Of a DNA stretch of 64,000 nucleotides, positions 12,690 to 27,021 are shown one piece after another; the stretch's first letter is position 1, and every line of letters begins with the position of its first letter. Origin of the DNA: Entomortierella parvispora E1425. Lineage: Eukaryota; Fungi; Mortierellomycota. Location of the stretch: contig BQFW01000013.1 in the NCBI GenBank assembly GCA_020891255.1, forward strand, positions 2,480,001-2,544,000, given 5' to 3'. The notes below the pieces were generated by a model. That model was not told the origin of the DNA, made no database searches, and saw nothing but the letters and a program-made list of their open reading frames with translations. Both the position numbers and the translations under genes were made by a program.

Positions 12690-14752
12690 TGTAGTTTAGA
12701 TCCTAATGGGGAATGAAGAAAGAAGATGAGGAACAATGCATTGGCACAGCAAGGGGGCATACATGTACTTTTTTTTTTTTTTTTTTTTTTTTTGTCGGAC
12801 GTCGGATGTCGAAATAAAAACGTTACTTGCGGGCGAATGGTGCTCAATAGTGCAGCTCGGTAAATGGGATGGTTCTGATGAGCGGAAAGAGAGCACTGCT
12901 GTCTTTTATAGATTGGTGGAAGAGACCCAGTACAAGAACTTGCCGAGGCGAATACTGCGGCTACTGTAGACTACATACATCAATAATATAAGAGGCAGAA
13001 ATGAGAGCTTGGGTGGGCGGGGGTAAGAGACTGCGGTGTCCTGCGGGCGAAGAATGGCAGCGAAGATATCCCAACGTGTTGTCCATCGGTAAAGGTGATA
13101 CAGCATGCACGGGGATTTACAAGGCTGAGGAGGCCGAGAAGATAGAGCACGCGAGAAAAAAAAGCCCTCAAGAATAACAGGGTCACCCGCTTGTCCTCGA
13201 CACAGGAGTCCCCTGGTCGCGTTTTGCAATACCTACAGCCCATCACGAGGCTCATCAGCTGCAGGTACTGTACCGGTACTGGACATGTACAGTACACCGA
13301 TGTACATGTACGTCGTGGATGCGGTCAACTTTGAAGATATTCCGTGAGAGTTGAGATATGGACTCGCTATCCTTGTTCAACCTTCAACACATTATGGTCC
13401 AACTGGGTATGACTCTGATTGCTAGCGCTTTTTCCTACTAGTTGCATACATGAGTTTTCACCAGTGACAAGATCCCAGTAGTTTCTCCGTCGAGACCCAG
13501 GACTGAGCTCCATAACGCCACCACGAAAGATGATACACCCATAGAGAAGGGTGAGGGTTGTTGACTGCTGGAACGGGCAACACTCAACGCTGCATTTCTC
13601 CACTCAGGCCTTCAAACTCGATACTTTGTTTAGAAAGGTCGCTCGCAGAAATAAACCCCCCCAGCCCTCGCTCGTTCGATGGTTTAGTCGGCTTTCAAGA
13701 TAAGAGCCCTGTGCAGACTTTTGGCTTTCGGAAATTCGGACATCCGACATGCGTTCCCTCAAAGTTTTCATTCGTCCGTTGATGTAAACTTACTGTACTC
13801 TTCCTTTCCTTTGCGCACCCTTGTTCTCATACTCACTCAATACCATTGACCAAGTCCGTCTCGCAATTATTTCATGAGCATGTCCGAAAAGAACAACGCC
13901 CGCGGAGTTTTACTCGATTTTTTCAGACCCCTCCTTTTGCGATAGCATTGCTTGAAGGCAAACGAGGTACACGAACAGTTCGACCTTTGCTCTATTGGTG
14001 CGATCGGAGGGTGGATGGAATGATTTTTTTTTAAAAAAAAATCATTGAACCGCTTGTTCAAAAATATGCAGGTCAAGAGATTTTCAAGGCTCAACTTCTT
14101 CCTCGGGGGAATCAGAGGCACGAGGGGCCAGGTGGGAAGGGAGGAGGGTATGACAAAGATTCTCACCTCTACGCCACGTTGGGAACCAGGCATGAATTGG
14201 CGCCCGTACTGTTCCTGATCAGGAAGTTACGTGAGCTCTCACTGCAGAAGAAATCCATTTCCAAGCAATGGCAAGGTCGCACGTGTGCTGGATGAACTGG
14301 TAGAATGACTCTGGTCCATGCAGGGTCGATTGAGTAGAAAATACAGGGATCGTCTTGGTACGAGTGGAGATGAATAACGAGGCATTTAAGGAGTTTCACC
14401 CCAACTTGCCATTTTTAGGTCAGCAAAGAGGTTGTTCCTTCTACAAGAGACCCTTTCTGGCATACAGTTCTTTGACAGACAAGCGTTATGAAAAGCGGAA
14501 ATATGGCGTAGAACAAGAGTCGTCCATTAAAGTCCAGCTGATCCAAGCGTTGTCACCCATTCAAACCAAAATGGAATCAATACAAAGCAGAGCGGCGGAT
14601 AGAATCCCGGTCTACTTTAGGGCTTAGACAAAAACCAACCATCCTCGCAAACCTTTTCTCTCAATTGGATGGGTAACTGTTCCATGGTCGATCGAAAAAT
14701 TGTCGCTTTCACTGTATTTTAATGCCGTCCTTGGATAAACAACTCTAGTACT

Positions 14753-17260
14753 TTACAATCCCAAGTTCTTCCGGCTCAATTGAGCCATTTTGATTCCCTC
14801 CATCCGGCGTCGCTTGCCCTCTAGGTACAGCATGGACTCTGCGTACGTCCGTGGCATGATCTTAGGCGTCGCTCCATATCCCTCCTTGGGGTCCATGAAC
14901 GTGAACCAGAACGTATTGGTGGTCTCTCGAGTGCCCGCCTGGATATCCAACACATCGGCCTTGACCATCACTTCGAACGAATGGCTGTCCCCGCCCTCTG
15001 CAAATACAATTTGAGAATCCAAGGCCAAGAATGTGCCAATGGGGACCGGCTTTCTGAAAGAGATGTCGTCCAGGGACAGAAACAAGGGTCGAGACTTGAT
15101 AAACACGGATGCATTGCAGAACGCAAGCTCGTAAGCTAACCGCATCAGATACCCTCCAAAAATCTATAATGAACGAAGCGATAGAAGCAACTAATCATCA
15201 GAAACGAGATCGGCCACGAAAGACAATGGAAAGAGAACCTATCGCAGGGCTCGCCGTGTCATTTTTTCCGATCAGAAACGCACCTTGTCATGAATGTTGC
15301 GATCTTGAGGCTGCATGATTTGAATGGCTGCCATCTTAGTGTCTTCCATCCACTCGACATCATCAGGGGTCTTGACCTTCAGATGGGGGTCGTCGTACTT
15401 GGAGTACTCAAGATACAGGTCGTGAATCAGAAGACGCTCCTCCTGAGTTGGGGGTCGCTTGGTAAGGGCAGAATCTGCTGCGAGTCTCTTCCTGGCCTTG
15501 TGCTCTAAACAACCGAAGGAAGGAACAAAGAACTTGTAAACAATCAAAACGAGACTTGAAAGGTTACTATACTGGGGCTACTCTCTCTTTCTGCTGTTGA
15601 CAATACCTTCGCCCATCTGGAACAGCTTCTTTTCCGTGTCGTTCTGCAAGAGCAAGGGGTTCACTTGTGCGGCCTTGCCTGTGAGGGCATCACGAGCGAC
15701 CATGGTAAAGCGGGCCACCAAGATGGTATCTCCATGCTTTGATGGGCCCTCTGCCGACATCTCTTCCATCTTCATGAATACTATTCAAGACCATTAACAA
15801 AGAAGGGTTAAAACTGAGATCACATCACCCATATCATACCAGTCATTATTTATCCTGCGTTTACCTTCCATGGAACTGTAGCCCACGTAAGTAACATGGC
15901 CTGAGAGTCTCAAGTCAGATACACCAAAGGGCTTCAAAAAGTCGATCCTGTCGACCGAGGCGGTAACAATGGTCAGAGGCGAACTGTTTGCCCGACCATC
16001 GTCTGCATGCTTATAAGAGATTGCACCTGCCAAAGCATCCAGGTCCTCCATGATTTTACCATGTCTATGAAAGAAGTCACAAAGTCAGGATACAGAAGCC
16101 ACAGATAAAAAAAAAAAAAAAAAAAAGAGAGAGGTGTTCCTCCTAATGATGACTCTGGTAACATACCTGACAGTGCCTCCAAAGTTGATGTATTCCTCCA
16201 GGAGGGCCTTGTCCTTTGCAAAAGGCAAGATGACGTCTGTGTAAGAATCCTGCATCTTTTTCAAGACGAGTTCCCGTTTCTGGTACGTCTTTTTTTTTAT
16301 GGTCGCACCATTCTCATCCGAGTGAGTGGAGGTTGGCGATCCATGTTGACTGGCCAGTTTGTCGATCCAAGATGTGATGGGTCGCACTGTAAAGACCTTT
16401 GTCCTGGGTGAAGAAGCAGTAAGGACGGCTGCAGTGGAACCAGGGTTTATGATCGGGGCTTCTAAAGCACAAGACGAGCACACAAAATGACGATAACAGG
16501 TCAGTGGAGAGCAACGGTCGCTCCCCCTTCGCGATAAGGGGGGTTACCGGGTAATAATGACACGTTTTTTCTTGCTCAAGTGGCTGGGTTATCCTGAGGT
16601 CCGCCTATCCTGCAGACATCCTGCCTGATATGGACATGCGAGCAGGGTCCCTCTAGAGCTGTTCAAGCCCAACGCCGACTAGTTCAAAGTCCGCTCTTTG
16701 GTGGGCCGCACTTATTTCTTATTGTCCTGTTCATTCTAGGCATAATCTGATAAGAAGCCACGTATCCAGTCTTGGTCTGATCTGGCGTCTTCATCTCAGC
16801 CCAGTCGAACTAAACATGGTCCGCGAGACCCATGTACTCATACTCTGACACACTCGCATCCGTTAATCGGGAGTAATCGTGTTGGGAGGAGGTTAGAGCA
16901 AGACCTCTACTCGTCAAAAAGCGGTGTGAGCATACCTTCTGTTGTGATCACCGTTGACTTGGCTCCTGCAGACTGCCCGAGCTTATCCAACAGTTCGCTC
17001 CCCTTCTTGTCCGCCTGCAGCGCCTTGGACATGGCCAGTTTGTCTTCTGTGATCTGATCGCGCAGATGTCTGTTGGCGCCTGAGAAGTAGAGGGGCTTCT
17101 TTGTGTTGAGGAAACGCCTGGTGGTTCCTGCAGATCCTGATGCAGGGCAGGGGAGGGATGGGAGAAGTTGCAGTGGGGACTTGTGGGACAAGAAGCTACG
17201 GCCAGGAACAGACCGCGAGAGGAAAGTGGCTGAACGACCACAGGAAGAAAGGTGCTGCAT
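14753..17260 (-). CDS. Double hot-dog-fold acyl-CoA thioesterase (ACOT9-like, probably mitochondrial), multi-exon
   Basis: Exons encode LEEYINFGG, MEDLDALAGAISYKH, IVTASVDRIDF, HVTYVGYSSME, PQDRNIHDK|IFGGYLMRLAYELAF and DDISFRKPVPIG. Ser/Arg-rich presequence-like N-terminus from the ATG at 17260. Confidence 0.92.
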
Positions 17261-18059
17261 GGTCAATGACGAAAAAATTAACGTTTGTGGAGGGAAAAGA
17301 ACAGGAAATGTCTTTCTCTCTTTTAGAAATGAACAATGAGCACGCAGGAAATGAAGAGGGGAAATCACTCTTGAATGGACCAATGGACTACTGAAGGAAT
17401 GAAGGAGGTGAATGAAGGGCAAGAAGCAATGAGGAAAGAAGAGCAAAGAGGGTGCGCGCGCATAACAGATAAAAGCAGGGAACAAAAAAAATGTCTCTGA
17501 CGGGCAATCAACGTGGTGGATTGATCGAAGAGGTCACAGCGGGCACCTCCGATCCCAATTCGTTGGGTTGCTTGTGTGGCGTACAAGCCCCATCTGTCAG
17601 GATGCAGCTCAAAGTCCCTTTAACCCTTGCATGTCTCTTTCACCTATTCTCTTTGTTGAACACCACCCACCCTTGACGGAACAGCGGTGTAATGAAGCCT
17701 CACAATAGAGCCGGAACTCTGTTTCCACTGAAGAGAGAAGGGTCATGGGCAGGTCGCAGAGGAACAGAGAAGCCTATGTTTGACCCAATCGCAGGCCCAC
17801 AGAAGAGTATTGTCCCACGGTGAGCCGTGGTGCAGGGAGCAGAGAGCACCAGGGTACAGATCTGAGGGATGCATCTGCAGGGTCGTGAGGTGTCGGAATC
17901 ATCTTGCACTGTTTTTTCCGATCTGTTGGGTGCGGCGAGTTTGGTGCCCGCGACCAATGAAGAGACCGTCAAATGGGGTTTCGTTCATGGGTGACCGTAG
18001 TTGCAATACGTCTACAAAGATCGAGTAGAGAGCGAACAGCAAATCGATATTTTATTGCA

Positions 18060-19654
18060 CTAAGTGCCTGCCGCCGCCGTTGTTCCTTTGATTGACTGCA
18101 ACAGTCGATGAATCACCGTCGTCGTTGCCGTCGTAGCTCGCACTCGACTCCTTGACACGGCTGCCAAAAAGACAATCAGCGCTACCAACATCATCAACTG
18201 ATTGGTTCCAATTCCATAGCGTGATATCCTCTCCAAGAGTTCCGTGTATCGCTGAGCAAACACTCGTAGCTGTCCTTGCACTGTTGACGTGATGGTGGCC
18301 ACCCTTGACCTCGAAGCAATGGCTGATGGTCTATGCAAGGCTGTGTCTGTGGATGTTTTCGTGGATCGCTTTGCTGGAGCAGCAGTTATCTGACTCCCAG
18401 AGAGGAGGGTTGCTGTTGCTACGTTGGAATGGGGTACATCCATTGAGTGGAGGACTTTGTGAGGGAATGGCAAGGCCAGACTGGAGAGTGTTGGTGAGGA
18501 CACCAGAGTAGAGTTGGCGGAAGAAGAGGATGTTGGGGAGTGGTCATCTAGATCAGCTGTCCTTGTTACTGCATCCGGCGGCCTCTTCGGTGCAGTCATT
18601 GGCCGTAGTGACTTTCGATATAGTTTTTCTAGAGTCCTTGTATATACCTATGCATCCCGTGAAAGATTGATATTCTGTCAGACGTGTGGGTTCAACAGCG
18701 CATCAGATGATGAAAAAGAAAGAAAGACTGACCTTCTTGGTGGACGGGGATAGGATACTATTAACGTCCACAAAGTCGCGGGCAGAGTCCCAGTCGCGCA
18801 GCTTGGCCAAGATGTGTACCACATAGAGCTCTGTAAGTCGTTCATAGTTGATCATGACTGTATCCTTTGTCCTGGTGCTGTTTGTGTCGACTTGAGCTCC
18901 AGCTGCGGCCTCCAGATGGATCAGCATGTCTTCAGGAATGGACGCCAGATATGCCTCCGTGATTTGGCGAGCCAGCATAAATAACCGGTGGTGGATGCAA
19001 AGTAGTGCACTGGGAAAAGAAAAGGCTGGAAAGTTAGCAATCACATGGTGTGGAAAAAGAGAGAAAGCATTGGACTCCCATGTTGTGCATTGCATTGCCG
19101 TTCAACCCTGCAACAGTGATGAACTTGAAAAAAAGACAAACAGACACTCACACGGACACCATGATTTTGCCGTCTACATTGCCCTCCACTCCACCATAGT
19201 CGTCCATCAATCGGCTCCAGAGGTCTCTCACCAAAAGCTCCGGGCTCTCTTTGGTTGCAGCATCCCTTGAGTTTGCTAGGTGCTTCCTGACCCTCCAAGA
19301 GAACCCTCCACGGTGGTTGTTGTGGTCGTTATCATAGACACCATCGTGCTCGCTGATGCTGTCTTTGGTTCCAACACGGTCAGCAAGGATAGCGCCAAAG
19401 ATGGCGGCGTTCAAGACCCAGAGTTTTTGCTTGAGGACGAAGAAAGGTTGGCGAGTGTGGGGATCCTGAGCATGGTCTAGTCCGTAGAGTTGATTTGTCT
19501 GTGAGAGCAGGCTGAGTGCTTCGAGTGAGGTTGCATAGGCAGCGGCCAACTGTCGCAGAAGGAAGGACGAAGTGGCAGCGCGGTAGAGGGCCAGGATCCG
19601 TGCGAGAGCGTTGGCGGGGCCATTGGGCGCAGTGGCAAGTGAAGCCGTGTCCAT
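18060..19654 (-). CDS. PEX26: Peroxin 26-like tail-anchored protein
   Basis: LYRAATSSFLLRQL, KLWVLNAAIFGAIL, YGGVEGNVDG, YERLTELYVVHILAKLRDWDSARDFV resemble filamentous-fungal Pex26. Single C-terminal hydrophobic segment (LMMLVALIVFLAAV) followed by basic residues. Spliced. Confidence 0.7.
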
Positions 19655-19979
19655 GGTTGAGTAGTCTGTCTCTGTGTGGCTCTGTCCGCGTGTCTGTGGC
19701 AAGTAAGGAGAACAACAAGGAAAGGCGGCAATCACGAAAGAAAAGAGAAAAAAAAAAAAAAAAAAGTCAAGCCCCATGTCACCATGAACCCATGAACTGG
19801 GCCAAGCTCATCCATCAAAGCACATTTGTGACGTGCAATGTGAGTCCAGTTGACCAGCGAGCAGCGAGTGACACGTTGGTAGGGGCACATGCATCCTTTT
19901 CTTTTCTCTTCCTTCCTTTTCATCTCGCTTCATCTGCATCCTCTTCCTCGCCTCATCTCTTTTTAAATCACACCCAGAG

Positions 19980-22974
19980 ATGAACAACTACCCTAACGAC
20001 CGTGGGTACAACACCACGCCCATCCAAGGAGGACATACCCCGCCACCTCACATGCCCCCTCGTATTGGCGCCGGCAATGGTGGCCCTGCCAATGGCTACC
20101 AGCCCCAATCTTCCTACTCTCCTGCACAAGGCAACCCCTCCGCTTACGGTCAGCCTGCTCCTCGCATGCCTCCCCAGCAGCCACGGCAGCCTGCATTCCA
20201 GCCCCAGCCTTCTCGCAAGATGCGTGCCACAAGGACCTCATCCGAGCACTATGCGGTCACCAACTATGTCGTCGCTAATCCCCAGGACTTTTCGCCGCAG
20301 ACTCATTACATCATGGTCGACCACCAGTTTGTCTTCTCTATCAAGTAGGTGCTCAAGTGAAAGAAGAATCATGTGTGATATGGTGGCGGTGTTTGGTACT
20401 GATCTGTTTTCCTTATTGCATGAAAGGTTCGAGGAGAACTTTGCAGCAGGCTATCTCGGGTTCAGTCAGTTGCAGCGCAAGTGGCTGAATGCAGGCCTGA
20501 ATCAGGAGATTGACGTCCAGCCTTGGGATCCCAGCATGGACGGCCCCGACGTGTTTCTCACCACCATGGAAGTTGAGGTAATAGACTCTCGCAATGCTAT
20601 TTCCTTAATTTTCATCCCAGCTGAGCACGATCTAAGCTGACCACAAACCTTTTCCTTTTTCCCTCGTTTTGATCACAGGTTGGCTTCTTCAACAAGGGCG
20701 CAGATATTCGTGGCGATTTTGATGCCAAGGAAATGGCTCGCCATTTTATTTCAGTGAGTTGAAACGAGAGACGTAGAAACGAACTCACCAGACATAATGA
20801 AACCGATCTGGATGATTAAATGTTGTATGCTCATTTTTCTTCCTTCCAGGTCTTCAACAACCAAGTTCTTTCGATCGATCAGGCGCTGGTGCTCGAATTT
20901 CAGGAATTTCGTCTGATGATGTTGCCCAAGAATGCCGAGCTCGTCAATGTGGATGCTCTCCAGAATGGAATGCGCGGCCCCGATGGTCATGAAATTGGCA
21001 CGTCTTTTTATTTTTTCACGGAGGTGGCCTTCTACATGACAATGGAGCTGAGACTGAGGAACTAATACTATTCATATTTTCGATTTGTAGCTGGCCGACC
21101 TGGTTTCCGTGGAATTTTGACACAGCAAACTCAGATTCAGTTTGTCAGGGCACAGGACTCTAACATTAAACTCCGTGGTGCTGCTAGAAAGTATGGACTT
21201 GACATGCATCTGGAGCATTTCACATGTAGAGCCACAATAGCCTTGTTAACCCAATGAGCACCCCTTTGTTCATGATAGCAAACCCGCCGTCACCTTGATT
21301 CAGCCCGACTTCAAGTTTGAGGATATGGGTATTGGTGGTCTTGATGCTGAATTCAGTGGCATGTTCCGTCGTGCGTTCGCTTCTCGTATCTTTCCTCCAT
21401 CGTTGGTAGAAAAGATGGGAATTCAGCACGTCAAGGGTATTCTTCTCTATGGACCTCCAGGAACAGGAAAGACCTTGATGGCTCGTGAGATCGGAAAGAT
21501 GTTGAACGGACGGGAGCCAAAGATCGTGAACGGTCCCGAGGTTCTGAGCAAGTTTGTGGGACAGTCCGAGGAGAATATCAGAAAGCTGTTTATTGATGCC
21601 GAGAACGAATACAAGGACAAGGGCGAGGATTCGAGTCTGCACATCATCATTTTCGACGAGTTGGATGCCATCTGCAAGCAGCGTGGATCCAAGAACGACG
21701 GTACTGGGGTTGGTGATTCAGTCGTGAACCAGCTTTTGGCCAAGATGGACGGTGTGGAGCAACTCAACAATATCTTGATCATTGGTATGACCAACAGAAA
21801 GGATATGATCGATGAAGCTTTGTTGCGTCCCGGTCGTATGGAAGTGCACATGGAAATTGGCTTGCCTGACGAACATGGTCGTCTCCAGATTTTGAAGATC
21901 CACACAGCCAAGGTGTGATGCAGAGTGAATTGTGCTTACAAGTATTGGCATCGATTGAGAGTCTTTACTAACTACAACTTGCACTTTTTGCACCTCTAGA
22001 TTATTGAGAACAATCTCATGGATACCGATGTGGATCTTGTGGAGCTTGCAGCATTGACAAAGAACTTTACAGGAGCTGAAATCAACGGTCTGGTCAAGTC
22101 AGCGACTTCATTCGCGTTCAACCGTCATGTCAAGGTTGGCACTTTGGCAGGAACGACTGGCGATCTGGAGAACATGCGGGTACAGCGTGCGGATTTCATG
22201 GGAGCCTTGGAGGAAGTTCACGCTGCCTTTGGATCGTCTGAGGAGGAACTTGAGTCTTGTATCACAAACGGCATCATTCATTTCTCGACCCAGATCGACA
22301 GGATCTTGAAGGAAGGACAGCTGAGAGTGGAACAGGTCATGAAGAGTGAAAGGACACCATTGGTCAGCTTATTGTTGCACGGAGCTGCTGGAGCAGGAAA
22401 GACAGCCCTGGCAGCCAGTATGGCGATGAGCTCCGAGTTCCCATTCATCAAACTGATCTCACCCGAGACCATGATTGGTATGAACGAGCTCCAAAAGGTC
22501 AATGCCATCCACAGAGTCTTCCAGGATTCATACAAGTCGCCATTGAGTGTGATCGTGATAGATGATATCGAACGTCTGCTGGACTACACTCCTATTGGAT
22601 CTCGATTCTCAAACACAGTTCTTCAAGGTTTGGCTGTTATGTTGAAGAAGCAGCCTCCAAAGGGACGTCGTCTTCTGGTCTTGACCACGACCACGCGTCG
22701 ACATGTGCTGGAGAAGATGGATCTCATGGATTCGTTTTCGGGCGAGCTGTACGTCGAGAATGTTCGGTCATTGGAGGAAGTCAACGTGGTGCTAAAGAGC
22801 CTTCAGCTGTTCAAGACTGACGAGGAGAGGCGATCTGCCATCTCCACGTTGAACAAGTCTGGTTTGGACGGCAAATTGTCTATGGGTGTCAAGAAGTTGT
22901 TGATGACGATCGAGAAGGCCAGGCAGGACTCGGATCCCGTTGGACGGTTCATCAGCGACATGAGCTCATCTTAA
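19980..22974 (+). CDS. SEC18: Vesicle-fusing AAA+ ATPase NSF/Sec18, multi-exon
   Basis: D1 Walker [14 protein letters not shown], Walker [38 protein letters not shown]; D2 [12 protein letters not shown]; [10 protein letters not shown]...FRRAFASR. Confidence 0.98.
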
Positions 22975-24006
22975 GAACGCCCTGTCGTTTGTTGGTCGAA
23001 GTATAGGGGCTGCTATTTAGAACCTATTTAGGATGTGCGGTCCGACTCAACTTTTCAAACTATCATAAACTGTCTGACGGACCAATATCGATTGGCTGAT
23101 CGAAGCCGCCTAGAAAAACTGTTGGTTTTGTTTACCTATAGTTCCCGCCAAAGGCCGCAACGATGGTACAATAAGCACTGTGTTTGAGAGATTGACACTT
23201 CTACCTCCCCTTCACATTTAGTTTCATTTTTTGACTTCAACATCTTCCCTCCACTCCATTTTTCCTTCCCTTCATCATACGCCATTATCGCAAATATCAC
23301 AAATTCACGGTACTTCCTTTTTTTATTTTTTTGGCTTCGAACGATTTTCCTTGTAGAAAGCATGCGACATTCGCAACTGAAAACACTACGAGCCTGCTCA
23401 TGTACTTCTCAAGTGCTGAAACCCGATCCATATCACCAGGCACTGGTATGGCTCTACAACCAAACTAGGTGCCTTGATCCTTCGGACTCATGAAGCAACA
23501 CAGGGCCCGGCATTTGAGACTTTTGGAGGGGTCAAGGCCGACGAATTAATCGGGATCAAAGTCCTTGACATTGCTGACTGCGAGAAATGCATGTAGATCA
23601 AAATGATACGGCGACCCCATGACGCGCGCTACTCGTAGACGCCAGGATGCGCATTGCAAGCACAGAAATTACTGTTTTGTTCTTGTCCATTCGATCTTGG
23701 CTTGACCAACCAAGATCTGTAGAAAGTAAAAGAAAGAAAAAAAAGAAAAAGAAAAAGCCTTGAACTTTGTGACCAACACTCTGATTACTGCGGTAACAGG
23801 CGCCAGCTGAAGGACGTTTATGATTGTGCCATGCAAACAAAAATAAACCACCACCGCGTGGGCTCGGCTCTTGGCAAGCAATTGGACGCCACAATTTCAC
23901 ACGCCTCAAAAAAAAACCATAAAGAGAAAACATCTTTCCATCTTTTTGCTTTTTCATCCTCTCAACAGCCTTCACCTTACCCTGCACCACCACCCTCGTC
24001 GTCACC

Positions 24007-27000
24007 ATGTCCCCTGAACGAGTCGTGCTCCCAACGAATGTCAGCCCTGTGCATTATGACCTCAAGTTGACTCCCAACCTGGAGACCTTTGTCTTGAAAG
24101 GCGAGGCTGCCATCACGTAAATGCAACGCGGACGCAGTTCAAGGTTCCCAACATTCAAAAGTCATTCCTCAAACGAACATTATATTGAACAAAAACTATA
24201 GTGTCGCTATTCATGAACCCACTTGTACCATTCAAGTGAACGCCAAGGCACTTGTTGTCGACAGAGCTTCAGTTATCATTGGAAATGAAATGTAAGATGG
24301 TCACTTGGACGACATGTCAAAAATCAACTCCACTGGCATGCTAACTCCGAGAAAAAAAAAACAAAATGTCCCCCTCTGGCAATAGCTACAAGGCAACAAG
24401 TATTGAAAGCACTGCCTCGGAGGTCATCACTGTTACCTTTGCTCAAGAACTTCCAAAGGGTGCTGCTCTTCTTGACCTGGAGTTTACAGGAGAATTGAAT
24501 GATCAGATGACCGGCTTTTACAGATCCGAGTACAAAGACAAGGACGGTAAGGTCAAATACATGGCAGTGACGCAATTTGAATCAACCATGGCCCGACAGG
24601 CCTTTCCATGTTGGGACGAGCCCTCTTGCAAGGCCACGTTCTCGGCCGCCCTTGTCGTTCCGAAAGAGCTGACTGCACTGTCCAATACACCCGTCAAGGA
24701 GATCACTGACGTAGGGTCGGATGTCAAGACGGTTCACTTTGAAAAGACGCCCATCATGTCTACCTACGTAAGTGTCTGTATAGTGGAGACAGATCGCTTG
24801 AATGCTCTGAAGCAGAAGATCGAAATTCACCAGAAAATATACAACTTTTTTTATTTTTTTATTTTTTTTACTCTTTGTAGCTTGTTGCCTTTGCTGTTGG
24901 TGATTTCGAATATATCGAGACCACGACAACCAAGCTTGAGACTCCAGTTGTGTGCAGAGTATACACCTTGCCAGGATTGGCGGAGCAGGGTCGCTTTACA
25001 CTCGAGATCACACCCAAGATCCTGGAGTACTTTGCAGAGATATTCGGAATTGCGTACCCTCTGGCCAAGCTTGACCAAATTGCGGTGCCTGATTTCGAGT
25101 CTGGTGGAATGGAGAACTGGGGTCTTATCGTCTACCGCACTACTGCTCTCCTTTATGATCCAAAAACTTCGGCTGCTTCTGACAAAGAGCAAGTGGCTTA
25201 CGTGGTGGCGCACGAGATTGCTCATCAGTGGTTTGGTAACTTGGTCACCATGGAGTGGTGGGATCATTTGTGGCTCAATGAGGGCTTTGCTACCTGGGTC
25301 GGCACCTTGGCAGTGGATCATCTCTTCCCTACTTGGGACACCTGGTCTGAATTTGCCATAGGTGAATGTCAGATAGGAATGTCCTTGGACTCGCTTCGCA
25401 GTTCTCACCCGATCGAAGTGCAAGTAACCGATCCTGAAGACATCGACCAGATCTTTGATGACATCTCATATTCCAAGGGTGCCTCTGTCATCCGCATGTT
25501 GTCCACTTGGTTGACAATCGACGTTTTCTTGGCTGGTATCCGCCGTTACCTCCTGAAGCACCAGTACAAGAACGCTACCACGAATGACCTTTGGGACGCC
25601 CTTTCCGAAGAGTCCAAGATAGACGTTGGCGAGTTCATGAACACCTGGACACGTGTCATTGGAATTCCAATTTTGAATGTGGAAGAGGTGGATGGACTGG
25701 TCAAAGTAGAGCAGCATCGGTTCCTGTCCACAAACGATGCCACAGAGGACGAAGATCAAACCATTTGGTGGATCCCTATGGGCATCCACCCACGACCAGC
25801 CTCCATCAAGGATGCCAATCAAACGTTGAAGACTCGTAGTTTGACGTTTGAGGTCCCCCAGATCAAGGATGATGAGTCCTCGTTCTTCTTGGTCAACAAG
25901 GACTTTTCGGGGGTTTTCCATACCAATTACTCGGCCGAGTCGATCCATAAGATTGGTCGGGCCATCTTGGCGGGGCATCCAGATTTGACAGTGTCTGACC
26001 GTGCGGGTCTTTTGGCAGATCAGTCCAGTTTGGCAAAATCTGGACATGGCACTGTCACCCGTTTCCTGGATTTGGTTCAATACTACAAGAACGAAAAGGC
26101 TTTTATGTATGTCTTGATCATTTTCAATGGCGCAAGACTAAGACGCTAGATGCTTCGTTGTGATGTCCACTTTTTTTTTCTCATCTTTTTCTTGTCCTGT
26201 TTGGTAGTGTTTGGAACTTATTGCTTGAAAAGTTGGACAATATCACGCAGCTGTTTAGTACCAATGGGCGCACATTCGAAGGCATCAAGCACTTCCAACG
26301 TGAGCTGGTTGACAAGTTGGTACACGAACTGGGATGGGAGTTTCCCGAAAACGAGGATTTCCTCACAACGCGTCTCCGAGGGGCTATCCTCGCCACCGCC
26401 GGAAAATCGGGTCACGAGGCAACCGTGAAGGAGGGCCTGAGACGATTTGAGCTCTTCATGCAAGAAGGAGCGGATCAGGATGCTGTTTTGAACCCTTCTA
26501 CCCGCCGAACTGCTTTTGAAATCGCATTGACCCATGGCGGAGTGAAAAAGTTTGAGCAGGTCCTGAACTACTACCGAACCACGCCCAAGCAGGACCAGCA
26601 ATCAATGGCATTGGTAGCTCTTGGCGCTGCTGTGCATGGCCAAGAGATGATTCAACGTGTCTTGGAGTTGGTGTTGTCAAGTGAGGTGCGGTCCCAGGAT
26701 GTATCATACGTTATCTCTGGCCTGGCTATGAACTTTGAGGCCCGTCACGCAGCCTGGAACTGGATCAAGGCCAACTGGACAACACTGTATGAGCGGTTCA
26801 AGGGAAGCGTGGATATGCTTGGCTTCTTGGTCAAGATCCCAGTCAGATGTATGGCCGATGAGGCCATCATCCAGGACCTGACGGACTTCTTTGCAGATAA
26901 GGATGTCAAGGAGTTTGACCGTGATTTGGAGCAGTCTAAGGAGGCTGTTGGCGTCCGTTCCAAGTGGGTCTCGCGCGATGGCCCGGCCTTAGAGGCGTGG

Positions 27001-27021
27001 TTGGTAGAGAACGGCCACTAA
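24007..27021 (+). CDS. M1-family (puromycin-sensitive / Ape2-like) zinc aminopeptidase, multi-exon
   Basis: LPTNVSPVHYDL start, VTQFESTMARQAFPCWDEP, GGMENWG (GAMEN variant), HEIAHQWFGNLVT..WW..LWLNEG (HEXXH-18-E), ERAP1-like C-terminus. Confidence 0.96.

Noticed and set aside
14355-14627. ORF with NEAFKEFHPNL, resembling FDEFKAFHPEF in copy 3
   Set aside because: The similarity is limited to a few residues, with no other PIN or Fanzor motifs nearby.
18060-22974. Divergent PEX26-SEC18 pair as a functional AAA adaptor/ATPase cluster
   Set aside because: Pex26 recruits Pex1/Pex6, not NSF; short divergent spacing is common in compact fungal genomes.
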